DNA of 64,000 bases from Schizosaccharomyces osmophilus (GCF_027921745.1 NC_079238.1:2914001-2978000), one strand, 5' to 3'; shown: positions 34,794 through 47,160, counted from the first letter of the stretch. Notes: generated by a model from the letters alone, not told the origin. Numbers and translations are program-made.

Positions 34794-36698
34794 ATGTCGT
34801 CGCCTCCTGGAGCTTCTTTACCGCATGCACTGCAACAGATGTCTATATCTGCGGATCCTGCTGCCTCTTCCCAAACTCAGTCGATACCAAATCTCGACAA
34901 TCCCAATGCAAGATTGGATCTCCAATCGTCTTCTTCCTATTCTTCTTTATCGCAGCTCGATAATTCGAATCACAACGACTCTGGTAGCGTTTCTTCATCC
35001 CTGTCTTCTAGTTCTTCCGATGACAGTACACACAATGTTCCAGGTGACGAGCATGATTCTTTTTCTCGATCTTCCTCTTCCTCTTCTTCTTCCCCAGGTA
35101 GGTCCTCTGATCACTTAAAGTCCCGTCCTGTTCCCCCGGTACGATTGGGACGTCGCTCTTCCAGCAAAAATCGATCTTCTCTTGCCGTAAACTGCAATCA
35201 ACCCGCTGAAAATGCTGGCAGTACCCTTCCTTCTCCTTCACCCGTCGGTTCACCCCCCGCTTCTTCTATGCAGTATCCCGGTGGCTTATCTTCCGATATT
35301 CAAGAGAAAGTAAAAGCCTTCCACGCCGCCCGTTCTAGATCTTTCCCTGACAATACCGGTAACTCAGCTACTGCTCCTACTTCTCCAATTGTTGGAAACA
35401 GATCTAGCATTTCTATCCCCTGCGCTCCTCTTCCTCCCAAAGTCCCTGTTTCTGGGCCAAAAGGCTCAGCTGGCGCTGATTCAAACTTAGCCCGTTCTCT
35501 TGCCGCCGCAAGGATTCCAGCGCGTTCTGCTACATTACCCAAACCAAACAAAATGCGCCGCGCTCCTCCTGGAAAACTTGACCTATCGAGCAACACTACC
35601 GCTCCTTCATCCGCTGGTGATGAATCAAACTCAAATGGCAGTATGGCTTCACGACGCGGTCTAAAAATTCCTCCAAGCCTCCGACAATTTGCCTCTGAAA
35701 CCCCATTTTCTACGTTTTCTGATATTTTGGATGCTAAATCTGGTAGCCTTAATTTCAAAAATAAAGCCATTCTCAATGCTGACGGTGTTAACTTCTCTTC
35801 GGGTTCTTCTTTTCGAATTAATATGTCTGAAATAATAAAGCTTGCCGAGTTAGGTAAGGGCAATTACGGTGTTGTATATAAAGCTTTACACCGCCCGAGT
35901 GGTGTTACAATGGCTGTTAAAGAAATCCGTCTTTCTTTGGAGGAAGCTACTTTCAACCAAATCATTATGGAACTCGACATTTTACATAAAGCCACTAGCC
36001 CTTATATAGTCGACTTTTATGGTGCTTTTTTTGTTGAGGGTTCAGTTTTCATCTGCATGGAGTACATGGACGTTGGTAGCATGGATAAGTTATATGTAGG
36101 TGGAATTACAGATGAGGGTGTCTTGTCGCGTATTGCTTACGCTGTACTACAAGGTCTAAAGACACTAAAAGAAGAACACAACATTATTCATCGTGATGTC
36201 AAGCCCACCAATGTACTCGTTAACTCCTCTGGACAAATTAAATTATGTGATTTTGGGGTTAGTGGAAATTTGGTCGCTTCCATCTCGAAAACTAACATTG
36301 GTTGTCAATCCTACATGGCGCCCGAAAGGATCCGTGTAGGTGGCGGCGGTAACGGTGTATTAACTTATACTGTACAAGCTGATATTTGGTCTTTGGGTTT
36401 AACCATACTAGAAATGGCAATTGGTTGTTACCCATATCCTCCTGATTCTTATACATCCATTTTTGCTCAGCTTTCTGCAATTTGTGACGGTGAACCCCCG
36501 AGATTGCCCAGCTGCTTTTCTTCCGAAGCCCATGATTTCGTAAATAGATGTCTTCAAAAAAATCCTTCAGTGCGTCCCGGCTATCAAGAGTTGAGTACTC
36601 ATCCTTGGATTCTCAAGTATCAGAATTCGGATGTGGATATGCATACATGGGCTAAAGCCAATTTAGAAAGTCGAGCTGCAGGGAATATCGAGAGGTAA
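34794..36698 (+). CDS. wis1: Stress-activated MAP kinase kinase Wis1 (Pbs2 family)
   Basis: LGKGNYGVV, HRDVKPTN, CDFGVSGNLVASISKTNIGCQSYMAPER; Ser/Pro-rich N-terminus with RRAPPGKLDL and RRGLKIP motifs. Confidence 0.97.
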   Translation: MSSPPGASLPHALQQMSISADPAASSQTQSIPNLDNPNARLDLQSSSSYSSLSQLDNSNHNDSGSVSSSLSSSSSDDSTHNVPGDEHDSFSRSSSSSSSSPGRSSDHLKSRPVPPVRLGRRSSSKNRSSLAVNCNQPAENAGSTLPSPSPVGSPPASSMQYPGGLSSDIQEKVKAFHAARSRSFPDNTGNSATAPTSPIVGNRSSISIPCAPLPPKVPVSGPKGSAGADSNLARSLAAARIPARSATLPKPNKMRRAPPGKLDLSSNTTAPSSAGDESNSNGSMASRRGLKIPPSLRQFASETPFSTFSDILDAKSGSLNFKNKAILNADGVNFSSGSSFRINMSEIIKLAELGKGNYGVVYKALHRPSGVTMAVKEIRLSLEEATFNQIIMELDILHKATSPYIVDFYGAFFVEGSVFICMEYMDVGSMDKLYVGGITDEGVLSRIAYAVLQGLKTLKEEHNIIHRDVKPTNVLVNSSGQIKLCDFGVSGNLVASISKTNIGCQSYMAPERIRVGGGGNGVLTYTVQADIWSLGLTILEMAIGCYPYPPDSYTSIFAQLSAICDGEPPRLPSCFSSEAHDFVNRCLQKNPSVRPGYQELSTHPWILKYQNSDVDMHTWAKANLESRAAGNIER

Positions 36699-37228
36699 TC
36701 CAGTATGTTAAGTCTAGTATTTCGCGAAACAGTGTCTGAAAATGCGAAGAAGCTTGAGGGAGTGTAATTACTTGCTTAATACACGTTCTTAACTGCCGAG
36801 CGTAATCATAAGGATATAATCAGTTATTGAATTCAGTCATCGAAAGATGACTCTAATCAGTAATGTTTCTCGTTTTTTCATGGGAAGTGCAATCACAGCA
36901 CTGTTTTTCGAGTACATCAAAATTTTAGAGTAAGATGAGTTGCATAGGCGATCCAAAGGTGAAAACCATCTCGAAAGTGCAATGAATTGAATGTGTTACA
37001 TAGTGTATCAGATTTTTCAGTGATGCTAGTAAGTATTATTTATACTTAAAAAAAGAAGATGAGTACTAGTGACAAGTAGTTAAACTATCTGTAATCACTT
37101 TAGTTTATTTATACAGCGCAAGTCATAGAACATAATGCATTAACTCATTTCTATTTGCCTTTTGATGTACGAGTAAAGTAACAGGATGAGTGTTCATCCA
37201 AGGTGATTAAAAGGTAGTCAATATGACT

Positions 37229-38189
37229 CTATTTTTCCATTGTGTACATCTTCTTAGCTTCCTCTATGGTGGTATCCCAAGTATTTTGGGCAATACGATC
37301 TTTAGCCATTAACTTGGACAATTCAACGATTAGTCCCAAAAAGTTGTGACGACGCAACTGATTTTCACGTTTCCACGCTGCACGTTTGTCATCTTCAGCA
37401 GCTATAGAAGCCGCCTTTTCTTCTTCGGTTAAATCTGAATTATTTGAAATAGTGAGACGCTTATCCTCAGAAATGGCCATCAAGTTGAACCGAATTTCAC
37501 TAGGATCGTACTTGCCAATTCTTGATTGAATGGTAGAAACAGCACGTTTAGGGAACTCTTCTTTTGTACAGGTGCCATGATTGATGGGTGCAGGCTGTAA
37601 TCCATCTAGTTCGTAAAAGGTATTGTCAATGTTGGTATATGCAATAAAGTGGTAGACATCGTCATCTTCAGTCGCAACCTTTGTTTCATCACTCACAAAA
37701 GGGTCCGAGCGAGCGAAAGAATTGTGGGCACAACGGATGTCCTCAGAATTGCCCAATGCTTCTCCTTTGAGATCGGGAGGTAGAAGTTTTGTGAATTCCC
37801 GAAATTCATTCAACTTGGGACCCAAGTTGATCTCCTCGTTGTGATTCAGCAAAACAGATAAAAGAGCCTGGGTAGCGCAGGCGTTATTTATGACTTGTTG
37901 ACCAAAGAAAATTCGATCTATGGATTCGTAGTCGAGTTCACCATCTGGCTTTCCATCAGGTTTCTTCCATTTGAACAAGAAGATAATCCCATAAATATCT
38001 CTATTACAAACAAAGATTAGTAAATAATGAAGCCAAAAAGTCGGTTGGCACTAACGGTACTTACGAAAAGTTGCGCAAGGTTTCTTCATCCAACGTGTAT
38101 AGTTCTTCAACTTCGATGCCTGAGACTCCAAGGCTCTCAATCAAATCAGTAAAAACTCCAGCGTCTGACTCTATGGTGGTCCAGCTCAT
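37229..38189 (-). CDS. uch2: Proteasome-associated ubiquitin C-terminal hydrolase Uch2 (UCH37), 2 exons
   Basis: [42 protein letters not shown]; intron 38001-38064. Confidence 0.95.
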
Positions 38190-38926
38190 TATAAAGGCTG
38201 ATATCAAAGAACGAGAAAACGTTTCAGTGTAGAACCTCTGCCCAGGTTTACACATCAATGAACAACAACTTTCATTTCGTAAATTTTGTATAATGAATTT
38301 TGTTCAACCTCCGTATAGGGAATTTGGGGCCATCGTTAGTAAACAATTTTCATACCTTGGTGAGGAAGATACGAAGATATAGTACAAAATTTGTAGGTAG
38401 AATGCTATGAAATAAGTAGTCATCATTGAGGACACTTTAATACAGCTGAGCTGGGTGAAACTATTTCACTCCTGGGTTAGCCTTTGACATGAGCTTGAGT
38501 GTTCTTGTATAAACACTAAAAGAAACTTTACATCTTAGGAACATCAATTGAAATTTGTTTGCGATAGTTCAATGTAATGTTTGACCTACGCACTGAGGTT
38601 TCGTGATGATTGTCTTGCATTGTTCAAGAATTTAAAGACAGATGTTTGATGTAATGTAAAAAGGAGTCTGTCCATTCACCTTCTACTGGACTTAGATGAA
38701 ATAAATGTATCATGAAGAAATTAAATAATATGTATGAAATATAACCGGATGCATTTTAGCATTCACTCATTTGTCAAAGACTTCCTGAGAGTCTTCGGCA
38801 AAAATCCGTAAAGAAGCTCATCCTTGTGAACCTGTCAAAGCAGCAGTTTGTACGAGGGAAAGATGCGTGATAGGTAAGCAAAAGAAAAAATCGTAGATGA
38901 GATAACAACAAAAGAAGAAACGCCAA

Positions 38927-39517
38927 TTACCTATCTTCGGCCCATTCGTTTTCTTTACGGATTTGCTCCTCTTCTTCAGGCGTAAAGTCATTGGGAATAT
39001 TGAAGGTTTTACGAATGTCTTCAGGGCTTTTTCCACGAATCATGTTTGCTACTGTTTTACAGCCAGTATCTAGCAGTGGCTTTATATCGAGATAGTTGCT
39101 AGCCAAAATAATTTCAAAGAGCATTTCCTGGTCAACCGACATAAACTTCTTGTCCCATTCATCGATATCCGTTGACTTTTTGAGTCGAATATCACTTTCT
39201 TCCTCAGTATTGGAGTACAAATCATTCTTGTGGTGTTCACACCATTCGAGCACCTTTCTTAATACGTTGGAAGAAACGTTTGGCAAAGGAATTGGGACGT
39301 TCAATTCACCAACATCTAAACGAAATGAGTTAATACAAGTAATTCTCTATACGATTCACATACCTTCCAGCATATTGTTGATCAACATGCTTTTTCCAGC
39401 AACAGGTCGATCTAATCCTCATGTTAGCGAACAGAATCCTTCTTGGTTTTCGACTTTGCTAAACCTACCGACAGTAAATTCTTCATTATCAGATGAAATA
39501 AGTTTGATTTTTGACAT
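38927..39517 (-). CDS. skp1: SCF subunit Skp1, 3 exons
   Basis: [47 protein letters not shown]; introns 39412-39468 and 39316-39363. Confidence 0.97.
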
Positions 39518-40047
39518 TGTTTCTTCTTGGGAGTAACTGGAAGAAATTCTGGTGCCATATGGTCTTTCTTCTGCCAAATATCTTATACAGAATTCTACCT
39601 TCTAGTTCAGTAAACATATTCGGTACTGTTTCAAGCATCCATAAATGAATTTGCGATGTCTTGCGCACACAAGGAAAATAAACAAACAAGCAGCACTGTG
39701 GAGTTCTAGTCAAAAAATGAATGATTTGTTCCCTAATTCATTTGTAAGTTTTAATACTTGTCTTTTCTATATCACAAGTTTGTCTTGGTCGTTTTTGTGA
39801 CAATATAGTACCTAGCAACAATTTGATATGCTCACTTGATTTCCATACCTTCCATACACACTCTTAGTTCTCGAAGAGGGAAAAGTTATAAAGTACTGTT
39901 CGGTGCCATGGACAAACCGTTGAATTCATAATAAATCCTTGCAACATACAATTTAAAGCCGAGCATACCGCCAGAAACTGTGTTTGGCAAATTTACAACG
40001 ATTGTAAAGTCTTTGTCGCCAACAGAAACTAATCGAGTTGCTCAACG

Positions 40048-40815
40048 ATGTTGGTTCAGCTATTTGAATTCACACCTCTTTCTTTTATAGACGATGTGAT
40101 CAATATTACCAATCAGCTTTTGTACAAAACTGTCAACGGTGTTGATCGAGCATTTTCGTCGTTGTCGAGTACAAAAAAGTCTCCGCAGGAAATCGAAGAA
40201 GGACTACACAAGTTTGAAATTTTATTTGAGAGTATTGTTGATCGGTACTATGATCGCTTTGAAATCTATGTTTTGAGAAACATCTTCCATTATCCTCCAG
40301 AACTCAAGGGTTACCTCCGTTTAGAAGGGCAAACAGCAGACTACACAATTACAGTGGAAAAAGATGCTGCTCTCGATCAAGAAATAGAAGATGCTACCCA
40401 AGCACTCACAGAAAAACTCAAAGCCCGTCACTCTTTAAGGGTGCGGTTACGAAAAAGCGAGGAACGGCGGCAGCAATTGAAGCAACAGTTAGGAACTCTT
40501 TCTTTTCTTTCCAGCATCCCAAAAGAGCAACGAATAACTTTACCAGAAACAACAGACTTTTTGTTGGATCAATTGGCTGGACTTCAGATTTCCCTTCATT
40601 CCGTTACGCAGGCATCACCTATCGTGCCTTCGCGTGAGGTAGACGAGCGAGTAATGTATCTCGAGAAACGCTACGAAAAACTGGCTGGTCCGGTCGAGCA
40701 ACATCGAGATTTTTGGTCACATCAACTGATCAAACTAGAATCCATCGCAAACACACAAGACGTTTCGAACATGAGTAAACTTTTATCCTCATCCGACGAT
40801 TCGAATAGCGCTTAG
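40048..40815 (+). CDS. mis12: Kinetochore protein Mis12
   Basis: FEFTPLSFIDDVIN, EIEEGLHKFE, VDRYYDRFEIYVLRNIF. Confidence 0.95.
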   Translation: MLVQLFEFTPLSFIDDVINITNQLLYKTVNGVDRAFSSLSSTKKSPQEIEEGLHKFEILFESIVDRYYDRFEIYVLRNIFHYPPELKGYLRLEGQTADYTITVEKDAALDQEIEDATQALTEKLKARHSLRVRLRKSEERRQQLKQQLGTLSFLSSIPKEQRITLPETTDFLLDQLAGLQISLHSVTQASPIVPSREVDERVMYLEKRYEKLAGPVEQHRDFWSHQLIKLESIANTQDVSNMSKLLSSSDDSNSA

Positions 40816-40996
40816 ATTGTTTTTATAGTGTACAATATGTAATATAGATAATATGTAATATACGACAAGACATAAAGGTCATTCAATGAACAGGTTAGAA
40901 GGAAAAAAGAATAGCATCCACCTAAAAGACGGAAGAAATCAGGTAATTGTTCATTACCACACATGAACGTTCATCTTTGAGAACCATAGGCCATCT

Positions 40997-41447
40997 TTAC
41001 TCGGAAGAATCAACGCCAAATCTTTGAAACAACTCCACACTTGTACATTTTTCTTGTTCAGCAACCTTTCCAATCATTCCAAGAGCTACATCTCGGATTT
41101 CATTGTACGTGTGCAGCAAATCAATATGCCTTTGAACCGTGTACTTGGCATCTGGATTCCTAAAAACGTTAGAATCCACTCGAAAACAAAAAAAAAAAAA
41201 AAACACGCAGCAGGAAAAAGTCTCGTCTACGAATCGACATGATACAGCACAAACGCGTTCCATGCTTTATGAGCATGACCAGGTGAAACATACTTGAGTT
41301 TTGACACCGCTTCTTGCAATTGCTTTTCCAATTGTTGCTTTTGCTGCTCCAACAACTGGACGCGAGCTTCCAATTGAGGCTAACATGATTAATATATATT
41401 CAATGTGGATGCTATTCAGAAAAACACCTTAATATTACCTTTTCCAT
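40997..41447 (-). CDS. swi5: Recombination mediator Swi5 (Sae3), 3 exons
   Basis: MEK|PQLEARVQLLEQQK...LK|NPDAKYTVQRHIDLLHTYNEIRD; introns 41380-41438 and 41160-41293; MCB-like ACGCGCGT at 41553. Confidence 0.93.
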
Positions 41448-41946
41448 TCGATTTAAGCAGAGTTTTCGAAGAGATATGATGAATAACTTCTGTATATAAA
41501 GGAGTTTCAGTGATACCTTTGAGAATGTTGATATTGTTTTTGCTACTGTTATACGCGCGTGTCAACCTGCAATTTAGGCGACTTCCACCTTGACGCATTT
41601 CGACTTTTGCATTATCTACCGTGTTACTCTTAATTTACTTTACAAATTACACAATCCATTACTAATTAATTTAGCGCACTAAATAAAGCTCACTATACCC
41701 ACAGGCGTGAGCAAGAAATGTTATTTGCCAAATAGTAATTAAATGAAATTGCCTTGTAACATCTTGGCTGAAACAAACAATTCCCCAAATAGTCTCATTT
41801 TATTACAGAAGAACGCTTGATTTTTTGCGTATTACAATCTCAATTGGAAGCAGTTTGTGTAAAATTGCTGAGAGAATCAATTACTGGAATCTTATAATAG
41901 GAAAGGAAAACACCGGTTGAATAATAGAAAGTGATAAAGGAATATC

Positions 41947-42726
41947 ATGTTTGCTTTAAAAAACCTACGATTATCATTATCAAGGAACTCTTTTCAAGCA
42001 GGTACATTTAATCCAAGACTTTTGCGACGCAATGCGTTTCCTCTAGCCTTTCAAATGCCCTCGTCTCGGAGTATATGGATCAGATCAGAAGAAACACCAA
42101 ACGAAAACGCAATCAAGTTTTTGCCTGGACTCGATATTCTTCCTCCCACTATTGGCACTTTAGAGTATATGAGAAGCCAAGAATTCAACAACTCCCCTCT
42201 GGCTGAAAAGCTCTTCGGGATACCTGGCGTCAAAAGTATATTTTATGGAAGAGACTTTATTACAGTTTCCAAAGATGAATCTCAATCCTGGTCACGGTTA
42301 AAGCCAGAAGTTTTTAGCACCATAATGGAGCATCTGAGCAATGGAGAGACTGTTCTATCTGGTGACCCATTGAATGGTCCTAGTGACACCCAAATTTTGG
42401 AATCCGATTCTCAAATCGTTGCTATGATTAAAGAGCTCCTCGAAACAAGTATCCGTCCATCAATTCAAGAAGACGGCGGTGACGTTGAATTTCGTGGATT
42501 CGATGAGGAGACAGGCATGGTCTCGTTAAAGTTGCGCGGTGCTTGTCGCTCATGTTCTTCATCTGCAGTGACTTTAAAGAGTGGTATTCAACAAATGTTG
42601 AATCACTATATCCCAGAAGTACGAGAAGTTAATCAGGTCCTGGACCCCGAAGAAGAAATTGCGATATCAGAATTTGAAAAGTTTGAAAACCGAATTCATC
42701 AAAATCAGCAAAAAGAGGAAAAGTAA
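41947..42726 (+). CDS. nfu1: Mitochondrial Fe-S cluster protein Nfu1
   Basis: ETPNENAIKF, IRPSIQEDGGDVEF, GACRSC (CxxC); presequence. Confidence 0.95.
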   Translation: MFALKNLRLSLSRNSFQAGTFNPRLLRRNAFPLAFQMPSSRSIWIRSEETPNENAIKFLPGLDILPPTIGTLEYMRSQEFNNSPLAEKLFGIPGVKSIFYGRDFITVSKDESQSWSRLKPEVFSTIMEHLSNGETVLSGDPLNGPSDTQILESDSQIVAMIKELLETSIRPSIQEDGGDVEFRGFDEETGMVSLKLRGACRSCSSSAVTLKSGIQQMLNHYIPEVREVNQVLDPEEEIAISEFEKFENRIHQNQQKEEK

Positions 42727-42978
42727 AAGAAGTATATGCCTTGAGCATGCACTTTGACAGTTTTGGAAATGAACAAAGCAAAGCATAAAAGATTGAGAAG
42801 ATTATGGCTAATGAATTAATTTTTACATTTCTTGTATTTACATTCCCAGACTGAAATCCTTGATAAACACATTTTCTAAACAGACAAAGAATAAGGAATA
42901 ACACACCCATACAATTTGATTCGTAAAATACAAAAATACATTTTTCCAGAAAGAAACAAACATCACTATCCTCATCAT

Positions 42979-43817
42979 TTACAAACTCATACGGGTCTTG
43001 GCGCGCATACTGCCAGCCTTCGAAGAGTCTTCGTGAGCACTATATTCTATAGTTTCTTTCTCAGATATGCCCAAAATTTCTTTAAAACGAAGACTGAAAA
43101 TATGTTAGAAATACTTATCAATGAGACCAATCTTTCAAGATTTATCATACCCAATTCTTTCCAAAATTTCTCTGTCATTACAATTACGCGTCCACACAGC
43201 AATTCTGTAAAATCCCCTTCTCATGTTACAAACAACACCTGTGACTTCTTTACCGGTAGGGTCCAACGTTTCACCTAATGCTGCAAGGACCTATGCGATT
43301 GTGTTAGTCAATTGATCGCAGGAAACCTGTATTCCGTAGTAGTATGTGATGACCAACTTACCATATATAACCATAGCTCATCCAAATTCGATCCTTTGTG
43401 CTTGCTTTGGAAAGCCCACTTTCCTCCATTCATATTGTTGGGATCTTCCCATTCTGGGCGTATGCCTCTGAGAAAGAACGAATAGTCTGATTTCGCAGGA
43501 AGCATGGATGCTTTCGCAATTGTTTTGAAAATACCCCAAAATTCTTCTACAGTTTTAAATGATATAATCTCTTTTAATAAATCGCCCCATTCCAAGCCTT
43601 GCGTTGGAGGCTTCAAGAACCATAACGTCCATTCATGTTGAAAAGGATGCGTTTGTGTAAAAGCTGTTTCAGCGTTCACGGATTGTAATCCTTCCAGTAA
43701 GCGAGTTGGTCTCCCTTCTCTCTCAGTTCTCACTTTTGGAGAATCAAACATATCCAATGAAGCAAACTTTTGGTTCATCGTTGCAATATCATTATGTCCT
43801 TCTCCAGAACTCGTCAT
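42979..43817 (-). CDS. tif452: Cap-binding factor eIF4E-2, 3 exons
   Basis: HPFQHEWTLWF, TVEEFW, GIRPEWEDP.N..GGKW, RIAVWTR; introns 43291-43361 and about 43094-43150. Confidence 0.9.
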
Positions 43818-44323
43818 ATCCTTTGTAGAAAATAGAAGAAACTAATAATGGTAATGCTAATTAAAAAATTTTGTATAATTTCGTGAAAAAAGAAGGTGTA
43901 ACTTATTGTTGTGGTGATGCGAGTCAGAGCGATAGCTTTTCCACCAAATGGCTAATATAGTAATGATAAAAAGATACAATATTACATTAGTGAACAAGTT
44001 CTTTTGTTTGTAAGTTCATCCAAACATTTGTTTTTTACTGGTTTTTAGTTATTTTACAATTCATATATATTGCGAAAAAAAAAACAAATGCCCGAAAAAG
44101 GGTATGTAAATTGTTCATTTTGTCTATTGCAAAAAGAATTAATTAAGTAATCTATCAAAACAGTTAATGCTGCTTGTATAACAGTAATTTAAGCTATTCA
44201 TTCATGACAAAAACCAAAGCTACTAACTCAGCAAAGGATAGCTCTTGCTTTTAATATAGATAACATTATTTCCAAAGACAAAACTCCAAATTATTCTCGT
44301 AAATAAGCACGGATTACTAAATC

Positions 44324-46174
44324 TTATTCAAAAGCAGCCTTATCCAAAACGACAAAGACGCCGCCGGTGAGATGAAGACTTCCGGTCACACAGACAAATG
44401 TGTTTTTTGATTCTCCTTTAATATTGTATACCATTTCCATGGCTTCCTCTACAGTAGGAGCTATCTTTATGGCGTCGTTCAAACAGGGACGATTTTCCTT
44501 CCACCAAGATGCCAAAGCTTCTTGAACGTATAACGCGGGGCGTTTATCTGTGACACTATTGACGCTCAGTAATTCTGGGTTATAAGTGGCATCCCTAAAA
44601 GTAACATTTGTGGAGAATATTGCATGCGTAAAGGGTAGGTCCTTCCCTAGAGATTCATAGCCCTTTAGGAAAGCTCGAATTAAAGCTACTGGGTCATCTC
44701 TGCTCTGCTGGTTAAATACCAACACCCTCGCTTCGGCTTCTTGAAACTGTTGTCTTTTTGAAGCTAACCAAGCACCGGTTGCTTCTAAACTCTCCTGTGT
44801 GTGTGCACCATCGAAGCACCACTGGATTCCGTTGATAGTCTCCATTTGGCATCTACCAGGCCATTGAACATTCTTTAATCCATCAAAGACGGCAGGATCT
44901 TTTATAAAATCAGCAGGACAGGAAGGTTTAGTTTTGTGAATGAACTCGTTTACCATTTCCATTGCGAGTGCGGCATTGCTCAACTGATGTGCTCCAGAAA
45001 GACCAATCATTTCCGCTGTCAAGTTTATAGGTGCTTTGATAATTTTTAGGCTAGTTCCTCGTTCATTGGCACGCTGCTCCAAAACGGGAAGAGCTTCAGG
45101 AACCTGCTGACAGGTCAATGCAATCGCCGAATCCTTGTAAATTCCTGCTTTTTGCCAAGCGATCTCTGAAATTGTATTACCAAGTAGAGCAGTATGATCT
45201 AATCCCAAGCTAGTGACAGCTGTGACTATGGGTTTCTCAATTAAGTTGGTAGAGTCAAATTCACCTCCGATACCGACTTCAATTATAGCAGCATCGACGC
45301 CTTCAGACAGGAAAACATGCCAAGCTAGTAGTGTCAAAAAACGAAAGTACATAGGTTTCTCTGGATTAGTTGCTTCAGAAGCGGTATCCTCTAGACGATC
45401 CCACATTTGAAAGAAATATTTGGTAAATACTTCTTTAGAGACAGGTTTTCCATTAAGCTGAATACGCTCACACACTGATCGCAAATGAGGAGACGTATAC
45501 ATACCAATACATTTGGGGGCAATAATAGGATGCTTCTTTTGAATTTCTGAAAAAATAGAAGATGTAAACGCGCAAGTAGAGCCTTTTCCTTTCGTTCCTG
45601 CAACGTGAATAACGTTTAAGCGATTCAAATCCGAAGTCTAATGAAACTTAGTCAGAAAATAGTTCTCCAAAAGTGTGTAAAAAATGGAAAAATAATGTAA
45701 ACGATGTCTGCAGACAAAATATCCAAACGATCTAAGTAAAGCTAAAAGTCATTCGGCAACATGAACGCGGCGTTACAATGTCAGATTGCTTTTGCATGAA
45801 TCGTACGCTCTTGCTATTAAGTTATTTGAACTAGCAGTCATGAGCCTTCATTTCGTCGCTTCCTCATAGTTTTCAGGTTATTGATACATTTGCCTTAGCT
45901 TACCTGATACCCAATCCTATTGAGATATTCTTTCATCTGTATCATTGATTCATCATTGGGAATTTTTCCTCTATTTCGAAGCATCTCCAACACTTTCGCA
46001 TTTGACTGCAAAGAATTGAGACATTCAATAGCATCCTGAGAAAGTTAGCAACTACAACAGTTCTGGGATAGTTTCTAGTCTTACTTCGAAGGTTCGCTGC
46101 TTTGTACTCATGTTCGACCTGCCTATCCTAAAATTCAGGTATTTTCTTGCTGTTCTTGTGGTGAGCATAGCCAT
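44324..46174 (-). CDS. met7: Folylpolyglutamate synthase, 3 exons, alternative in-frame starts
   Basis: DAIECLNSLQSNA, IHVAGTKGKGST, YTSPHL, EVGIGGEFDSTN, WPGRCQ, DGAHT, TGSLHL; introns 46036-46084 and 45638-45903. Confidence 0.93.
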
Positions 46175-46397
46175 AACCTAGAGGAACCAAGGCACTATAC
46201 AAATCCTGCAGATGAATTGAACATTTCAAGATCAGCTAACCGTAAGGCAACTTTATTTTATTTATGATCCAAAAATTTATGAATGGCATACATGATGATC
46301 ATATACAGTTCCTGTTGAAGAACATATGTCTTGTCTTTTTCAATTCCAGTTGTGAGCAGAGATTTGGAAAAATTTCAATTTGTATTTAACTTTTTTA

Positions 46398-47160
46398 ATT
46401 TTATCTCATGCCTCATAGTGCTAGACGTATTACATGATATTTTTTCGTAATCAATTGGAAAATGTGAGATCGTCGTCAAATACCTTTAGGATGTTTCCTA
46501 CATACTCTTTAATCGGTTTCTTATTTATCTCAATGGTTTTGGTTTTGGTTTCTCTTTTATACTGTCTACGTCTTGAAGAATGAATATGTATCAAACGAAT
46601 GACCTTCCTTTTCTTCATTTCTACAAGCTATTTCAAGGGCAATTATGTTCACCAGCTACTTATGAATACTCATAAGATATTAAAGGCTGCTATATTATGA
46701 TTCCCATGGCCTTCCTTATGGAATCTATGGTTTTTGAAATTTCGTTCTAGTGGATTGAAAAATGCTTTTGTAGAAGATGAGAGTACTATACAACTTACGT
46801 CTAGAAAAGGATTAGAGGATTAAAAAGGTCACTAAAGAGAGAGACCTTGACATAGGGTTTTTGTACCTCGTCAAATCGTACTTTATATCCAGGAGATAAT
46901 ATTCCCTGAAATAGATATATGTCTTATCTGAAAGCAGAACTATTGTGGAGTTTTAGAGGAATTATGAATGTTCTTTTTACACATATTGAAAGGTGTATAC
47001 CTAACATGAGCCGCTTATTGCCCTGAATGGAAGGATTTTGTAAATAACGTCTTAAGCTATAGAAAACGACGAGGCGAATATCTGCTGGCACCACTTGGTG
47101 GTTTTGCGAGCTAATCCTACTTTGACAAGCCACATCTAGGAGAAGTTTTTACATAACTGC
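46398..47160 (+). pseudogene. Decayed LigB/DODA-type aromatic ring-opening dioxygenase (SPBC1709.16c-like)
   Basis: Ordered relic motifs ILSHAS*, RAIMFTSY, LYYDSHGLPYGIY/LKFRSSG, RDLD/HRVFVP, YFDKPHLGE, with many stops and frameshifts, at the syntenic position. Confidence 0.8.

Noticed and set aside
36840..37195. Recurrent GATGAGT/GATGACT words between wis1 and uch2
   Set aside because: Short, irregularly spaced, with no flanking similarity; not a CRISPR-like or tandem array.
38603..38790. GTGATGA box-C-like motif between uch2 and skp1
   Set aside because: Nearest CTGA is about 180 nt away, with no terminal stem or recognisable rRNA guide.
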